In this document: positions 1 to 11,900 of the stretch, piece after piece
Layout: every line of letters begins with the position of its first letter
How positions within the stretch are numbered: the stretch's first letter is position 1
Assembly (NCBI RefSeq): GCF_018977255.1
Contig: NW_024704755.1
Coordinates: 15,252,001-15,316,000, forward strand
DNA: 64,000 nucleotides
From: Callorhinchus milii
Taxonomy: Eukaryota
Direction of reading: 5' to 3'
Position numbers and translations under genes: made by a program
The notes under the pieces: generated by a model
The model's input: only the letters and a program-made list of their open reading frames with translations
Told to the model about the DNA's origin: nothing
Database searches by the model: none

Positions 1-195
1 CGATCACAGTAGAGCTTTCAGGGGTTCGGTCACTGTGAGGTGAGCAATGGTAACAACTATCAAAGATGAATACAATCCTTATGTTAAGTGTATGTAACAA
101 AAATATAGAAAATATGGATTGAGAAAACAATATCAAATACCTGTGCGAATGGTGAGAATTACAAGCTACAGAAACACAATATGTTTCAAAATCAT
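1..195 (-). pseudogene. Leader (195-141) and start of V exon (56-1) of another copy of the B-type pseudogene
   Basis: Duplicate of 57826-58020 with the same TAG and frameshift. Confidence 0.8.
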
Positions 196-908
196 TTGCT
201 CAATGTCAGTTGACGCTTGCTCCAAATAAATTCGAAGCTCCGATGGGTTTAGAAAAACTCAGTTTGTGTTTAATCGGATGCGAATCATAACGCAATTACA
301 TGTGATATCACAGTAGTAAAACTGCGAAGCTGATGAATGAGTTTAAGAGGGTGAGATGCGCAGATGTAGATGTCCTTATTGGGCAATGTCCTTATTGTCC
401 CAAGGCACTGGACAACCAATGCTTGAGACCAATGTTCTGTATATTCTGATGCATACTCTGGAGGTTGAACAGAATACAGCATTGTTATCAGGAACTCTGT
501 ATTGCCTTAATCAACAACAAACAACAACAAAATTACATTTTTATAGCACCTTTCACGTCCCAAGGTGCTGAATCAGCTTAGTAGTCAGGATAATTGTGTT
601 CTTTTACTTGTTAGAGAGTCAAATAAACATGTTCTGGAAGCTCTAATCACATACCGGAAGTTCCTTGTTTCAAATCAATTGGGATTAGTAATGGTACTGT
701 TTATTATACTGACCGTAGCCCACAGAAGAAAGACATTGTAAGGTAAATCTGCTGCTCATATAATTCTCACATTGCCCAAGTGCCTTCCATAATCCTGAAC
801 TTTCATAATAATTATCCTTTGATTTGAAATTTTTCACATCATGAGAACATAACATCGCGCTTCAGGTGATTTTTTGAAAGGAACAGTAGGTAAACAGTGT
901 GTTATATA

Positions 909-1063
909 CAGTCAAACCAATCTTCATCAAACACCCAGGGGCCTAAATATAAGGGTTTCTTCTGAATTAGGGTTCATTGTTGAGTGAACCGGGTTGTTCC
1001 AGGGCAGTTGTTAACTGGGGGTGTTTGCTGAATGGAGGTGGTTGCTTGAACAGGTTTGATTTA
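909..1063. mobile_element. Decayed Tc1/pogo-type MITE (duplicate ~58734-58888)
   Basis: TA|CAGTCAAACC start and imperfect GGTTTGATTTA end, with internal inverted similarity. Confidence 0.4.
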
Positions 1064-1575
1064 CACAGAATGATAAATGCCAGTTATTGACTTCAACTGA
1101 ACCCTGATTACATTGGTACAATTGGGGCAATATATTTAGCGGATTAGTTGATGCCAAAAACTACAATAGGGAAGTCAGTGTCTTGGATAGAACCACATAG
1201 TTGATTGTAAAATTAGGAGACAATATATGTCCTAGATTACAATCATCACTGAGAGCTGTAAATATGGTATAATATAAGCTGTAAATAATGTATTGCCTAA
1301 CATGGCAAATGTAACATGTGTAATATTTAAAGAAAGAAATGGACAAGCTCCAAATCTTCTCCCCATGTTAAAGTGTACCCAAACCTGACTGAGGTTTCAA
1401 CATCTATACCACACCTAAGTATGGGAATTTTCCTGTGTCTGGAAAGGAAGGTATGCTGTCTCCCTTGAGGATCCTACACTGTTTACTTAATTCCATGGAG
1501 GTTTTAGCAGAGGTTGACAGAAGCCAGGATTTGGGGACCAGAATGAATGTTGGTTACTGCTGGAGATTAAACTGC

Positions 1576-2300
1576 TAAAACAACAACAACAAGATTGCAT
1601 TTATAGAGCGCCTTTCACATCGGGAGGACGTCCCAAGGCGCTGGACTGTTGGGTCGGGACACGAGCAGGGGGGGCAATGGTCAGGGTGAGGGGAGGGAAG
1701 GGAGGGAGCGAGGAGGGAGTAGAGAGTCGAGAGGGGAGCTGAAGGCACGGTTGAAGAGAAAGGTCTTGAGACTGGCCTTGAAGGAGGAAAGGGAGGAAGC
1801 GGCGAAGGCACTGGGGGATGGAGTTCCAGAGCCTCGGGGCTGAGAGGCTGAAAGGGTGGTTAGGGCGTGGGATGTGGAGCAGACTGGAACCAGAGGAAGG
1901 GAGGGTACGGGCAGGTAAGTAAGGGGATAGTAGGTCGGAGAGGTAGGAGGCCGTAAAGGGCCTTCTAGGTGAGGATGAGGATCTTGAGTTCGATCCTCTG
2001 GGGGATGGGGAGCCAGTGGAGGCGAGCGAGGGTGAGGGTGGGAGTGATGTGGTCGCGATGCCTGGTGCGGGACAGTACACGAGCTGCAGAGTTCTGAATG
2101 ACCTGCAGCTTGTGGAGGGAGGTGCCGGGAAGGCCGACGAGGAGAGAGTTCCCGTAGTCCAGCCTTGAGGTGATAAAAGCGTGGACCAGAGTTTCAGCAG
2201 CGTGAGGGTTGAGGTAGTGCCGTAGTCTGGCGATGTTCTGGAGGTGGTGGAAGGCGCATAGCTTTCCATTTATAGCACAATCTGGCAAACTTGCCACTGC
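1576..2300 (-). mobile_element. L2-clade LINE 3' fragment
   Basis: ORF2 C-terminus [44 protein letters not shown] followed by a (TTG)n tail. Confidence 0.88.
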
Positions 2301-3477
2301 TTATCCAACTAGGACGACCCTACTCAGTAGGGCTTTGACTTGCTGAGTTAACAGGAACTAAGTGGAAGAATCCCTTCTCCCAGGAGGAATATTCTCGACC
2401 AAATGAATACGGGAAAAGAATGCCTGGTCCAGTGTATTCACAAAGAGGTTGACTGGATGCATTAATGCTCTTTGTGGGTTTGAACTGGAAAGAGGCATAC
2501 ACAAAAATAGATCATATATTAGTAATAATCATAACGATATAGTACCTTTTCACATCCTTGAGATGTCTCAAAACACTTCACAGAATATATTGTAAAGTGA
2601 ATTCACTGTATTTCTGTACAAAAAGCGACAGCCAATTGCAGACAGCAGTTTCCCACAAACCTTCATGGATTTAGTGAGCAATTTTCTATCTATCCATAGA
2701 AAGGTAAGTCTCAACCTTCTATTCCAGTTGTTTTCCTATGTACATTCACACACAAAATGAATAAATATTAGAGATACGTTGCAATAATGTGTTGATAGAG
2801 CCATAGAAAGATATGATTTATTTTTTTAATGACATGCTAGTATGTAGGTTGCAGAATCAAACAGGGACCAAATGTTGCTTCGCATTTACCATCTCTGAAT
2901 ACGTGTTGGTCCAAACGTGAAAAACAATGTCAGTGATGTTAGTGTCTGTCACACACCAACTATATTAAGGTGCCTGGGGACCAATATGAAACCTGCTCCT
3001 TGCTCTAATCGCAGTGAATCGTTTCCTTAACTGAAGTGGTATCTGAGATACTCTATCAATCAGTTCCAGTGTATAATCATGTAACCATAATCCAAGTAAT
3101 GACCACTGGCTGTATTTGTTTATCTTGCTGAATACTTTGGGTGCTGTCACCCATCCTATGACTTTCATCTATCTTTAGATTTGGAGGATTCAACCTCCCC
3201 TCGGATTTCAGTGAAGACGGTTCACAGTGGGAGGGAGATTTATCCAAAGCTGTTTCAATCGCTGGGTAGGTTTTGGAGGCCAGGGCATTATAGTCCACTT
3301 GTGTTCAAATACTAAACCCCAATGAACAACAATGCACACCGATTAATACATATTTAATGATAAACCACGGAACTGGAGGAGAAAAACTATAATCTTCAGA
3401 TGCCACGGAGTTGACAGCACAGCCCCGTCAGCGGCAGCATGATTGGGGATTTACAAAGATTTACAAAGGGGACAAAA

Positions 3478-3710
3478 ACAGAAGTCGCTGGGAACACTCA
3501 GCAGGTCAGGCAGCATCTATAGAGAAAAGAAAGTGAGTCCTGTGAGTCAACGTTTCGGGTCCACGATCCTTTGTCAGAATCCTTTGTCAGACCCGAATCA
3601 TTGACTCTCTTTCCCCTCTCCAAAGATGCTGCCTGACCTGCTGAGTGTCCCCAGCGACTTCTGTTGCAGTTTCAGATTTCCGGCATCTGCAGTATTTTGT
3701 GTTTTGTTGA
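3478..3710. mobile_element. Palindromic Penelope-type terminal repeat element (duplicate 61299-61530)
   Basis: 41-nt inverted arms 3478-3518 and 3624-3664 with one mismatch; central CTGACAA..CGAAAC on the minus strand. Confidence 0.6.
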
Positions 3711-4922
3711 CAAAAGGGACATTGGATTGTGGAGAACATTCACCATTTGTGTCATTGAATTGGAGTCCCTTGAGATCAGCCTTGGGAAGTTATGTGCAAC
3801 ATACTCCACAAATCAATTTTGATAACATTTTAGGCAATTGTCCATAATAAGCAATACCACAGCGATCCTGCTTAAGTATTCAAGAGTTGACACAGTGAGT
3901 AGATACATAAGCACGTCGCTTATAAACGTTTTAAGATGGAACGATGCAGTGTAAAATATAGAAACAGATGAAAAAATGAAATGAGACACACAGGCTTTAC
4001 TGATGGCCAATAATAGGCTTTGTGGTGTGAGATTGTATCTGTGGTACACATATGTATATTTAGATATGTACGCTTACTTGTGAAATTGCTACAACATCCA
4101 CCGCTCGCACCATCAGCTGATGTGTTACATGAATTACCGGTGAAGGGAGATAATCGTGTTCTTCATTTATTGCCTTTACAGCAGAGAAATGGGTAAAAAA
4201 AGATTGTTGCCTCATTTTAACTGGAGTTTTTCCACATACTGCATAACGCCCACACAATAACCTTTTCATTGTGGCGGATCAATTGCATCGCATTTTCTTA
4301 GAATGTTTTTAAGGTAATTTATATCACTTTACTTCTAATTTGAGACTCTGTACATTACTGTCATCAGATGAGGTAACATAATATAAGTGAAACAAAACAT
4401 TACCCTCACAGCACACACTGAGCTGCTGAATATTTACTTGGCGCTGTGTGTAATGCAGAGGACCTGGTATTCAATCTATCAGATTCAGCCATGAAGGAGC
4501 CACCCTGAGCAGAGGCTTGCTAACTTTTAAATGTGACCGACTGAGAAATGGTTTTAGAATTGATCATGAAATCTACATACAAATGTTGTGGGTATTCAAC
4601 CGGATATTTGTTGTTGAAATTGGCTCCACGGTCAATGGAATGATGATAGCAGGAATCAACTAAAGGGGCAGCTCTTCGGCCAATCATTCAATTAGTGACT
4701 AATACATAAAATGTTTGGATTTCCCAGAGAGAGAGAGAAACATTACTGAACGTTAAAGAATCATCATAATCTATGTCTGAAGCCCAGCAGTAAGTACTTG
4801 GTTAAGCTCCATCTGAAACAACGCTTAAGAATTCCATTTTATAGTTATTTAATTTTATCCGATTCTATCGAAGATATAGATTGAACAAATCAATCCCAAC
4901 ACATTACGTTTCATAACTTTTG

Positions 4923-4928
4923 TTTATT
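4923..4928 (-). terminator. Candidate poly(A) signal AATAAA of A1
   Basis: AATAAA on the minus strand about 345 nt past the stop codon; use not demonstrated. Confidence 0.35.
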
Positions 4929-5271
4929 GAAAGTCGACAAAACCGCTTCACAGTCTTACAAACTATTAGAAACTGGTTCTAGATTTGTATTGGTATATTT
5001 TGTTCCAGTGATACAATAGCTTCTTAGCTTTTATAAACTATTATAGTTTATAGCTCAGCGACATTATCAGATTAGTATTATACAAATTTGAAGTTGAAAT
5101 TGCATTGACTTGATAAATGATAGGTAATACAAACTAATCAAACATTATGTCTTCCTGCAGTGTCAGAGCAGTGACACAATAACACACCACATTGATGTAC
5201 ACACTGTAACTAGTCTACATTAGAAGGGAACTGTGAGGAATCTGCATCGATAATTGTCTATTATTGTGACA

Positions 5272-5436
5272 TTATGCGGTTCCTGACTCCATGAAAGTGC
5301 CATCTTCGTAGTTTCTGGTCTTTACCTCGGAATACTCTGAATTCTTGTCGCTGTGTTTAGCTTTTCCTGTATTTTTGGAGCGAGGCAAATCCAGAGCAGC
5401 GTATGTCAGCTTGTTAGCGGCTGCTCCTCGCTTGGT
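5272..5436 (-). CDS. A1 terminal coding exon with ITIMs LTYAAL and SEYSEV
   Basis: ttgtttttgcag acceptor, 54 codons then TAA; paralogous to the preceding exon. Confidence 0.8.
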   Translation of the reverse strand, partial: TKRGAAANKLTYAALDLPRSKNTGKAKHSDKNSEYSEVKTRNYEDGTFMESGTA

Positions 5437-8400
5437 CTGCAAAAACAATGTTTGGTTTGTCTTTGTTACACAGAGAGATGTACATAGAATGGTACAGGAA
5501 CTGACCATCCGGTGTTTATACTTCACACGAGCTCCATCCCTTCCTATTTGCTCCTATAACTCTCTTATCTCTTCCCCTCATGTATGCAACACGTTTTAGG
5601 TTACATTATTCCAAACGCTTCACCCCATGGACGATTGGTAAATGTATTGCAAACTGCGATATGTAGCTGCAGATTTAAGGGTTTTAGATCTCAACGATGA
5701 GCTGACAACTGCTTTCATGGGTTGGCGAAGATCAGTTAGTGCTGCAATTCCTGATTGCTCTGTGGGACATTGACATCTCAGGACGTCTGGATTGTAATAT
5801 CTCTGATCCTCGTTAATTTATTTGCTGAATTGTTGACTCATTTATAAAGATAAAATCTAAGGACTATATAGCTCAGAAGACCAGACGGCCCATCGTACAC
5901 GTGCTGTATGTTTGAAAGAATTATCTATTGATTCCCATTTACCCGCCTTTTCGCCAACACTCCCTAAAATTGATCCGTTTTACATATCTTCATTATCTTT
6001 AGATAAATAAATGATATTGGTTGAATCCTGGAAAGCTGAAAATGTTCCACAACTAAATGCAGCATCGAAAACGAGGTAGAAGATTGGAGGAGGGGACAAA
6101 ATAATAACGATGAAAGTCAATGAACCCAATTTACCAAACCTGTCCAATACAAGGTTTCTCCATGCTGTGTACCTGGGCGTATACTGTCCTGTCTTCCTGA
6201 TGTTTAGTTCTTGGAGTTTTATTGGAACTTCTCAAATCCAATGTTACATAAGCCACGTTGTCACCCGCTGCTGCCTCCCCCGCCTGTAAAACAAAGTTAC
6301 GTGGTTGTTCCGTTGCCTTTCTTGGTCTGTCATCTTTGACCATGGAATTGAATAAGTGGAGGATTTAGGGGAAATAAACTGCTGTCAAGTTGAAATAGTT
6401 AAAGACATATCTTCATTAAGAAGATCGAGTTCTGTCTGGAGGCAGTGAAATTCATTTTTGCAACTGATGTTTTGCAATCTATGCCCGTGAAAATATGTTG
6501 CATATCTGATTAGATGGATCAAACAAGAATTATCACTTAAAATATTATCACTTAAAACATGCTTGGACTCCTCGTGTTCCAAGTCATATGGCTGACTCTG
6601 AAGGATTACTAGAAAATTAAATTACTGTCAGCAAACTTTATTTATTTATTTATTTATTTAAGTAACAGCTTAATCCTGAAAAGGGAAATAAATAGGTCTG
6701 TAATTCTGAAGGAATGATGTTAAGGTGGGAAACTTTCAGTTCACAGTCCAAGTGAACATGAGCTCTACCTTGTTGGAGGTTGGTTGTCAAACCAAGTTCC
6801 TGTATTCTTGTTAAGTTTACTTTAAAGATCATTTGAGAATCTTCTAACACAGAATGAGGTTTGTCCGGTGTCCTCGCGAATGGTAATCATGATAAATTGG
6901 CGAAACACTTCATGACAGTTTATCGGACCATATTGTGTGTAAGTTGGTTCGACCAAATAGAGTCGCTACAAAGACAACGATTGTTCATGAAGCATTTTAA
7001 GATGTTTGGAATGATACCGGCCACAATGATAATCACTGAATTGGTCCATTGGTCACCCAAATAATTTGGTGATAGACTTACCTGATCTTCAGGATTGCCC
7101 AATTGAGTCAGGTTTCCCTTTGATCCTAAATATAAATTAAATTTACTGAATGAAATATTTACTCAGTTTCAATATTAACACTAGAATAATATTATTGCTC
7201 TACATTTCAGGATGAGTGAAATAGAAATATTCGCCTGCACCCTTTTCCTTCTCTCTGAATCTCCCCTTCACTCATACTTTCCGAAATCCTCAAAACAGTG
7301 GAACTCTTTCCCTTGAACATTTTAAATTTCAAACTTGGCAACGCCTATCCACTATTCCTTAATCATTTTCATTTCTCCTCTTGGCCGAGGCCACTCACCT
7401 GGGACTCTCCATAATAAAAACATATTTTTTATGTCACAATTTCAATATAATATTTAACTGAATTCTATTGCTGATGTACATCTGCTGTGAGTCCCTGCAT
7501 TTATTTGATGCCATTCATCACTAGAGTTTCTTACAAATGCATGTAATTCATCGTATTTGAAGCCGATTGCAATAGGTTAGAGCAGATTTCAGACACTGGA
7601 TGTTGTAAAATGAGAAATTCTGGGATACTAAAGTTCACCATGTGAAATGATTACAGTCCCTAATCTGTTGCAATAACTACCAGTAATTGGCATTGTATAA
7701 CCGTAGCTTCTACCTTCGAATTTGAAGTAACAATCAAGACACTTTTTTCCATTTGCTAACCCAGTGGTGCTTTCTAAAGTTTTGTATCAATGTGTAATAT
7801 TTACAATTAATTGCAATGAAATCAGAATTTTCTTACCGTTTTTCTTTTTTAATTGGCATCGCTTCCCAAATATGATCACAAGCGCCAGAAATGCGAAACC
7901 ACCCGCTGCACATCCAGCCCACAATAAATAATGGGTTACCTTGCTACTACCTAGAGAAACTGTGAAAAGTGAGGTGAAGCATTGTGCAGCGCATCAATTT
8001 GGACTTCCACTCATCGCAGTAGAATACAAATGTTATGCATATCATTAATGAATTATATTCGCAGTGATTCAAACTGAGTATTAAGCCCAATAAGTTGTTT
8101 AAATATTATGACTAATCTTAATCTGTGCATTTATTGAAATAAGAAAAAAAATGACAGGAGCATCACCGAAAAGAGTTTGATATTTTGTAGTATAATTAAT
8201 GACATCTGATCGCGCGTATTTTTATTAATGCTCTTGATTTTATTACACAGGCGAGGTGACACCAAAACGTACCACTGATTTTCACAGGAATCCCCACAAA
8301 GTACAAACCATAAATTGTAGTTTAAGACGGCTGTACCCAGTGACATCTCATCACAAGCAATGAAACGTGCTCACTTGTTATTAATAAAACGAGGGAACAT

Positions 8401-10975
8401 TATGGAATAGAATTACATTTTGTGATCAAATGCCTTGTGTTAAAAAGAATTTGAAAATTAAGCAGTTTTAGGATGCTTCCATGTATATAATATCTGTTAG
8501 GTTTAGCAAAACCTTCACATCAAAAGATACAATATATTTTATGACCATCATCCACAACTCCCTCATCACCATTCTTAACACATTGGTCTCTCATCATATC
8601 AGCCATCGCTTCCTATCCCCTCAGGTTCCCCAGGACAACAGTCACACTCCATCCCTCAAGTCACAGTTTCTTGCTGCTGAACATTGGATGTTCCTCATGG
8701 CTCTATCCTCGGTCCTCTGCTCTTCACTATCTATATGCTCCCACTTGGCGACATCACTGTAGACATGTATTGCATATTCACATGTACAGTGATGAAACCC
8801 AACTCTCCCATCTTCCTCCACACTCGACCTCCAACTTCGACCCGATTGCTGTCAGACATCAAGTGATTGATCAGCTCTGACTTTCTTCAGCTGAATAATA
8901 ATAAAAATCCATGCATTTTATACTTCGACTTATATATCGAATGCAAGGATTAATATTATTATTATCTCGTTATTGTTGTCTCAAATCACTTCAGATGATT
9001 TACTTTATGAATCAATGCAACAAAGCATTCCTCTGAAAATTCAATTAATAACAGTTGACTTTTTAAAAATCTTTTAGCATCTTACCTTTAGATTTTGGGA
9101 AAGCGAAGGTGGCAAAAGCTGAAGTCTTGAGGCTGACGTGAGACACCAGACAGGTATAAACAGACCCATTCTGGCCAGGCTGTGTGTCTTCGATAGAGCT
9201 CGAGGCCTTCCAGAGATCCTCTGAGTTCTGCTTCTCAGTGGAACCTGACTCTTCCAGCTTTATTTCTGGTGTTGGCACAATTTTGGTGCCATCTTTATAC
9301 CAAGTGAGGGTGATTTCCTTTGGGTGAAACAAGGCAGTTTCACACACAAGAGTCTGAGGCTTAGGTGAATTTCTAGAGAAAATCTTCAGTGGAGTTGGGG
9401 GAGCTGTGGAACAGATAATGGAGGAGAATCGTGTTAATTTTGATCAACCGATGGGACAAACTTTATTTTGATTTATATCCGATACATTTCTTTGCAAACT
9501 CCTGACGCCTGAGTACAAATAGAGGTTTTCTAAGATACACAAATATCCCTTCTCACAGCAGCGTTGGCCTTACTCCTGCTTTAATTACTTTGTGCTTTTA
9601 TCAATTAATATTTTAAATTAATATTTATGGTTAAGTTTGTAATACATTGGAATTCATTTGGGAGTTTTGATATACCTACTCACTTTCCCTCAACTTACAG
9701 AGCTCAGAAACCATCCACATAAGGTGATATCACTGGTATATTTCCTTTATAATTTACTGCAGAAATATTCAAGATCTGAAACCATTTATAAATCAAAATC
9801 TGAATTTAATTTTGCTTCCACACTCCACACGCCTAATAATAATCCCTCAAGAAACAAAACAACAATAAATTGGTCACTTGAATCCACGACTGTTTGTGGG
9901 ACACTACTGTGCGCAATTGGCTGCCGCATTTTACCCACAAATACACAGTCAATTCACTTTACAGTATATTCTGTGAAGTGCTTTGAGACGTCGGGAAGAC
10001 GTGAAAAGCGCTATATCAAATGCAAGAATTATTATTATTATTATATTCATGTCCTTTATCTTTCATATTATTACTAACTTTGATGATTGGCAGGTAGAAA
10101 TGATCACTTAGAAATGCCTAACCAACATGTTGAAGCGTCGAACAGAGGTGATAGAGGATTCCTGGCAGAGGTGTGCACACTGTGTTAGTGTGGATCAGTT
10201 GGTTGTATTTTCACCTCTGCGTTAGAATTTTGCTCTGCTGACCACTGCTGAATGATGGTGATAAAATAATCATTGCATTTGAATATAGCGCCTTATCACA
10301 TCTTCGAGACAGCTCAAAGTACTTTAAAAGCCAGATTGTGAAAGTTATTAATGGACAAACGGTATAAATAACGATATAGCATTCACCGCATTTATTACTT
10401 GTTATGTAATTTCTAAACACCAATTTTGCTCTTCATTCACACTCACCGCGCACAGTTAATTGTGATCCAGGTCCTGTTCCAATTATTGATCCCTGACGGA
10501 CCACTAGACAGCGATAGACTCCAGAGTCCTGTAAACTCACATTCAGGAACTGGCAGAAGCCGCTTCCTTTAGTTTTTACACCAAATAGTTTCCTGCGATC
10601 CTCCTTTGTATCCAAATAGCCGCTCTCACCCTCCTTATGCCACTGCACCTTCACTCCTGAACCATCTTGAGGGAAGCGAAAGATACAGTGGAAGGTGACA
10701 TTTGTCCCTCTGATGACAGCCACATGGTCGGGGATTTGAGTCACTTTCAACGATGAATCGCCAGCAACTGTCAGAAAATAAAGTCAGAGTTCTTAGATGG
10801 TAAGCTATGGAGAAAACAAATGGGTAAAAGAGGAATAAATGTAACTATTTAAGATAAATGGCACACGGAAACAATTTGCACATGTTTCATAGAAGAACTG
10901 AATTATAGAATGAACATACACACCTGTTGAAATAATATATAAGGCAGACAGGCACAGAAAGACCACATTCCTCAT
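5272..10975 (-). CDS. Gene A1: complete VJ-C1 IgSF inhibitory receptor (SIRP/NCR3-like), 7 exons, 385 aa
   Basis: Exons 10975-10924 (leader), 10767-10447 (V), 9403-9086 (C1), 7950-7837 (TM), 7125-7082, 6283-6140, 5436-5272 all have AG/GT ends. Phases are compatible (1,1,1,1,0,0) and total 1158 nt with no internal stop. The small cytoplasmic exon and the 6140 donor are inferred. Confidence 0.85.
6140..6283 (-). CDS. A1 cytoplasmic exon with ITIM VAYVTL and ITSM TVYAQV
   Basis: tttgttttacag acceptor; phase-0 donor CAG|GTTTGG. An alternative donor lies at 6173, and read-through stops at 6131-6133. Confidence 0.78.
7082..7125 (-). CDS. A1 short cytoplasmic exon (SKGNLTQLGNPEDQ)
   Basis: atttag acceptor and CAG|GTAAGT donor; 44 nt converts phase 1 to phase 0, as the next exon requires. 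Confidence 0.7.
7837..7950 (-). CDS. A1 transmembrane exon (SSKVTHYLLWAGCAAGGFAFLALVIIFGKRCQLKKKN)
   Basis: About 22 uncharged residues followed by a basic stop-transfer; acceptor tttctctag, donor GTAAGA; 114 nt, phase 1-1. Confidence 0.88.
8540..8910 (+). mobile_element. L2 RT fragment in the post-C1 intron (paralogs ~21590-21960, 22560-22925, 36220-36570, 37180-37540, 50870-51220)
   Basis: VPHGSILGPLLFTIYMLPLGDI is an L2 RT motif. Confidence 0.75.
9086..9403 (-). CDS. A1 C1-set Ig domain exon
   Basis: LVC..FHPKEITLTWYKDG..YTCLVSHVSL are C1 hallmarks; 318 nt, phase 1-1, donor GTAAGA. Confidence 0.93.
9810..10045 (+). mobile_element. 5'-truncated SINE in the A1 V-C1 intron
   Basis: Family body plus (TAT)n tail; absent from the A2-A4 introns. 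Further partial copies at ~2520, 16500-16690, 20620-20920, 35210-35530, 49860-50190, 57260-57380. Confidence 0.8.
10447..10767 (-). CDS. A1 V-set Ig domain exon with germline-joined J-like strand
   Basis: LKVTQ..TFHC..VQW..QDSGVYRC..GPGSQLTV; acceptor ttttctgacag, donor GTGAGT; 321 nt. Confidence 0.93.
10924..10975 (-). CDS. A1 leader exon MRNVVFLCLSALYIIST
   Basis: ATG, hydrophobic core, 52 nt, phase-1 donor ACAG|GTGTGT; homologous exons precede A2-A4. Confidence 0.85.
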
Positions 10976-11049
10976 GTCTGTCTCTGGCTCTGATGGCTTG
11001 CAACAAGTGAACGTGTATTATTTTATACAGAGTGGGTTGTGTGACACTG

Positions 11050-11058
11050 ACTTCCTGT
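11050..11058 (-). promoter_or_regulatory. ETS-family site ACAGGAAGT in the A1 proximal promoter
   Basis: 75 nt upstream of the ATG; conserved at the same position in A2, A3 and the V-remnant promoters. Confidence 0.55.
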
Positions 11059-11289
11059 TTCTTTGGGTTTGTGAAATGTACAAGGTGTGGTAGACGCAAT
11101 TTGTAATCACACTTTTGCATTAAAATTGGGAAAGTAATAACCAAGAGCAGAAAAAAGCTAAGAATCTATAAACTTAAAACAAAACATTGTTTAGTGCCAT
11201 TAATACATTTTGGTGCTTTCTCCATCTGTAAATGTTGGTTTGAGCATCAACTTGTGAAACCAGTTATGTCAGAAACATTCCGAACTGAT

Positions 11290-11900
11290 GAAAAATGTCT
11301 TCTTTACTTTTATCCAGCTGTTCCCTATTGATAGAAATTAACTTTTCCCTCTCTTCTGGCATAGTTCTCCGCTTTAAAACCACAGTAACCACTCCATCAA
11401 AGAGTGTACTCCCATCCGTCTAAACTCTCCAATTACTGGTCCATCTCCAACTTGCCCTTGGTAACCAAAGTTCTGGCCACTCAAATTTGCTTCCACCTTT
11501 TTCTTCACTCGTTGCTGAAAACCATCCTCCTTGTCTCCTTCTAACATTTTCTTTCTCCAATGGCTTGCTGCATCCTCTCTGCATCACCATCAATGGCCGA
11601 AACTTTGGTTGCTTTGCCTACAAAATAAACACAGTCGCACCATTTCCCAATATATCCTGCAAAACCCTTTTAAACATCTCAACAACATAATAAGTTGAAA
11701 TATCAATCAACGATTGTACTGTAATTATTATTAGATTACTCTTTCCCAATCTGCCTTTGTCCTGATTCAATTCCTCCCTCTTGAAACATGTCTATGTCCA
11801 TCTCTCTCCCCGCTGCCTTTCCCTTGCTCAGTGTCCAACCCAAACGCTTTGAAGCCCACCAAGATTATAGGCTATGCGAAGGATGCCACAATGTAATAAT
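11290..11900 (+). mobile_element. Old L2 fragment upstream of each A gene (paralogs ~24880-25560, 39500-40170, 53190-53900)
   Basis: Decayed FKTTV.TP..K..L.P..LSNY..ISNLP.V.KVL motif. Confidence 0.65.

Larger units (their letters stand above)
1..6166. repeat. Segmental duplication copy 1 (period 57,825 bp)
   Basis: Matches 57826-64000 almost base for base; ORF-track pairs are offset by about 57,825. Confidence 0.97.

Noticed and set aside
1601-2269. 222-aa Ser/Pro-rich ORF (and 59440-60120)
   Set aside because: Alternative frame of a C-rich L2 fragment; broken differently in the two copies.
7837-7950. Activating receptor with adaptor-binding TM
   Set aside because: No Lys, Arg or Asp within the TM, and the tail carries ITIM/ITSM motifs.
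10178-10184. RSS-like heptamer CACTGTG in the V-C1 intron (also in A2-A4)
   Set aside because: No nonamer at 12- or 23-nt spacing, and it is ~260 nt from the exon end.
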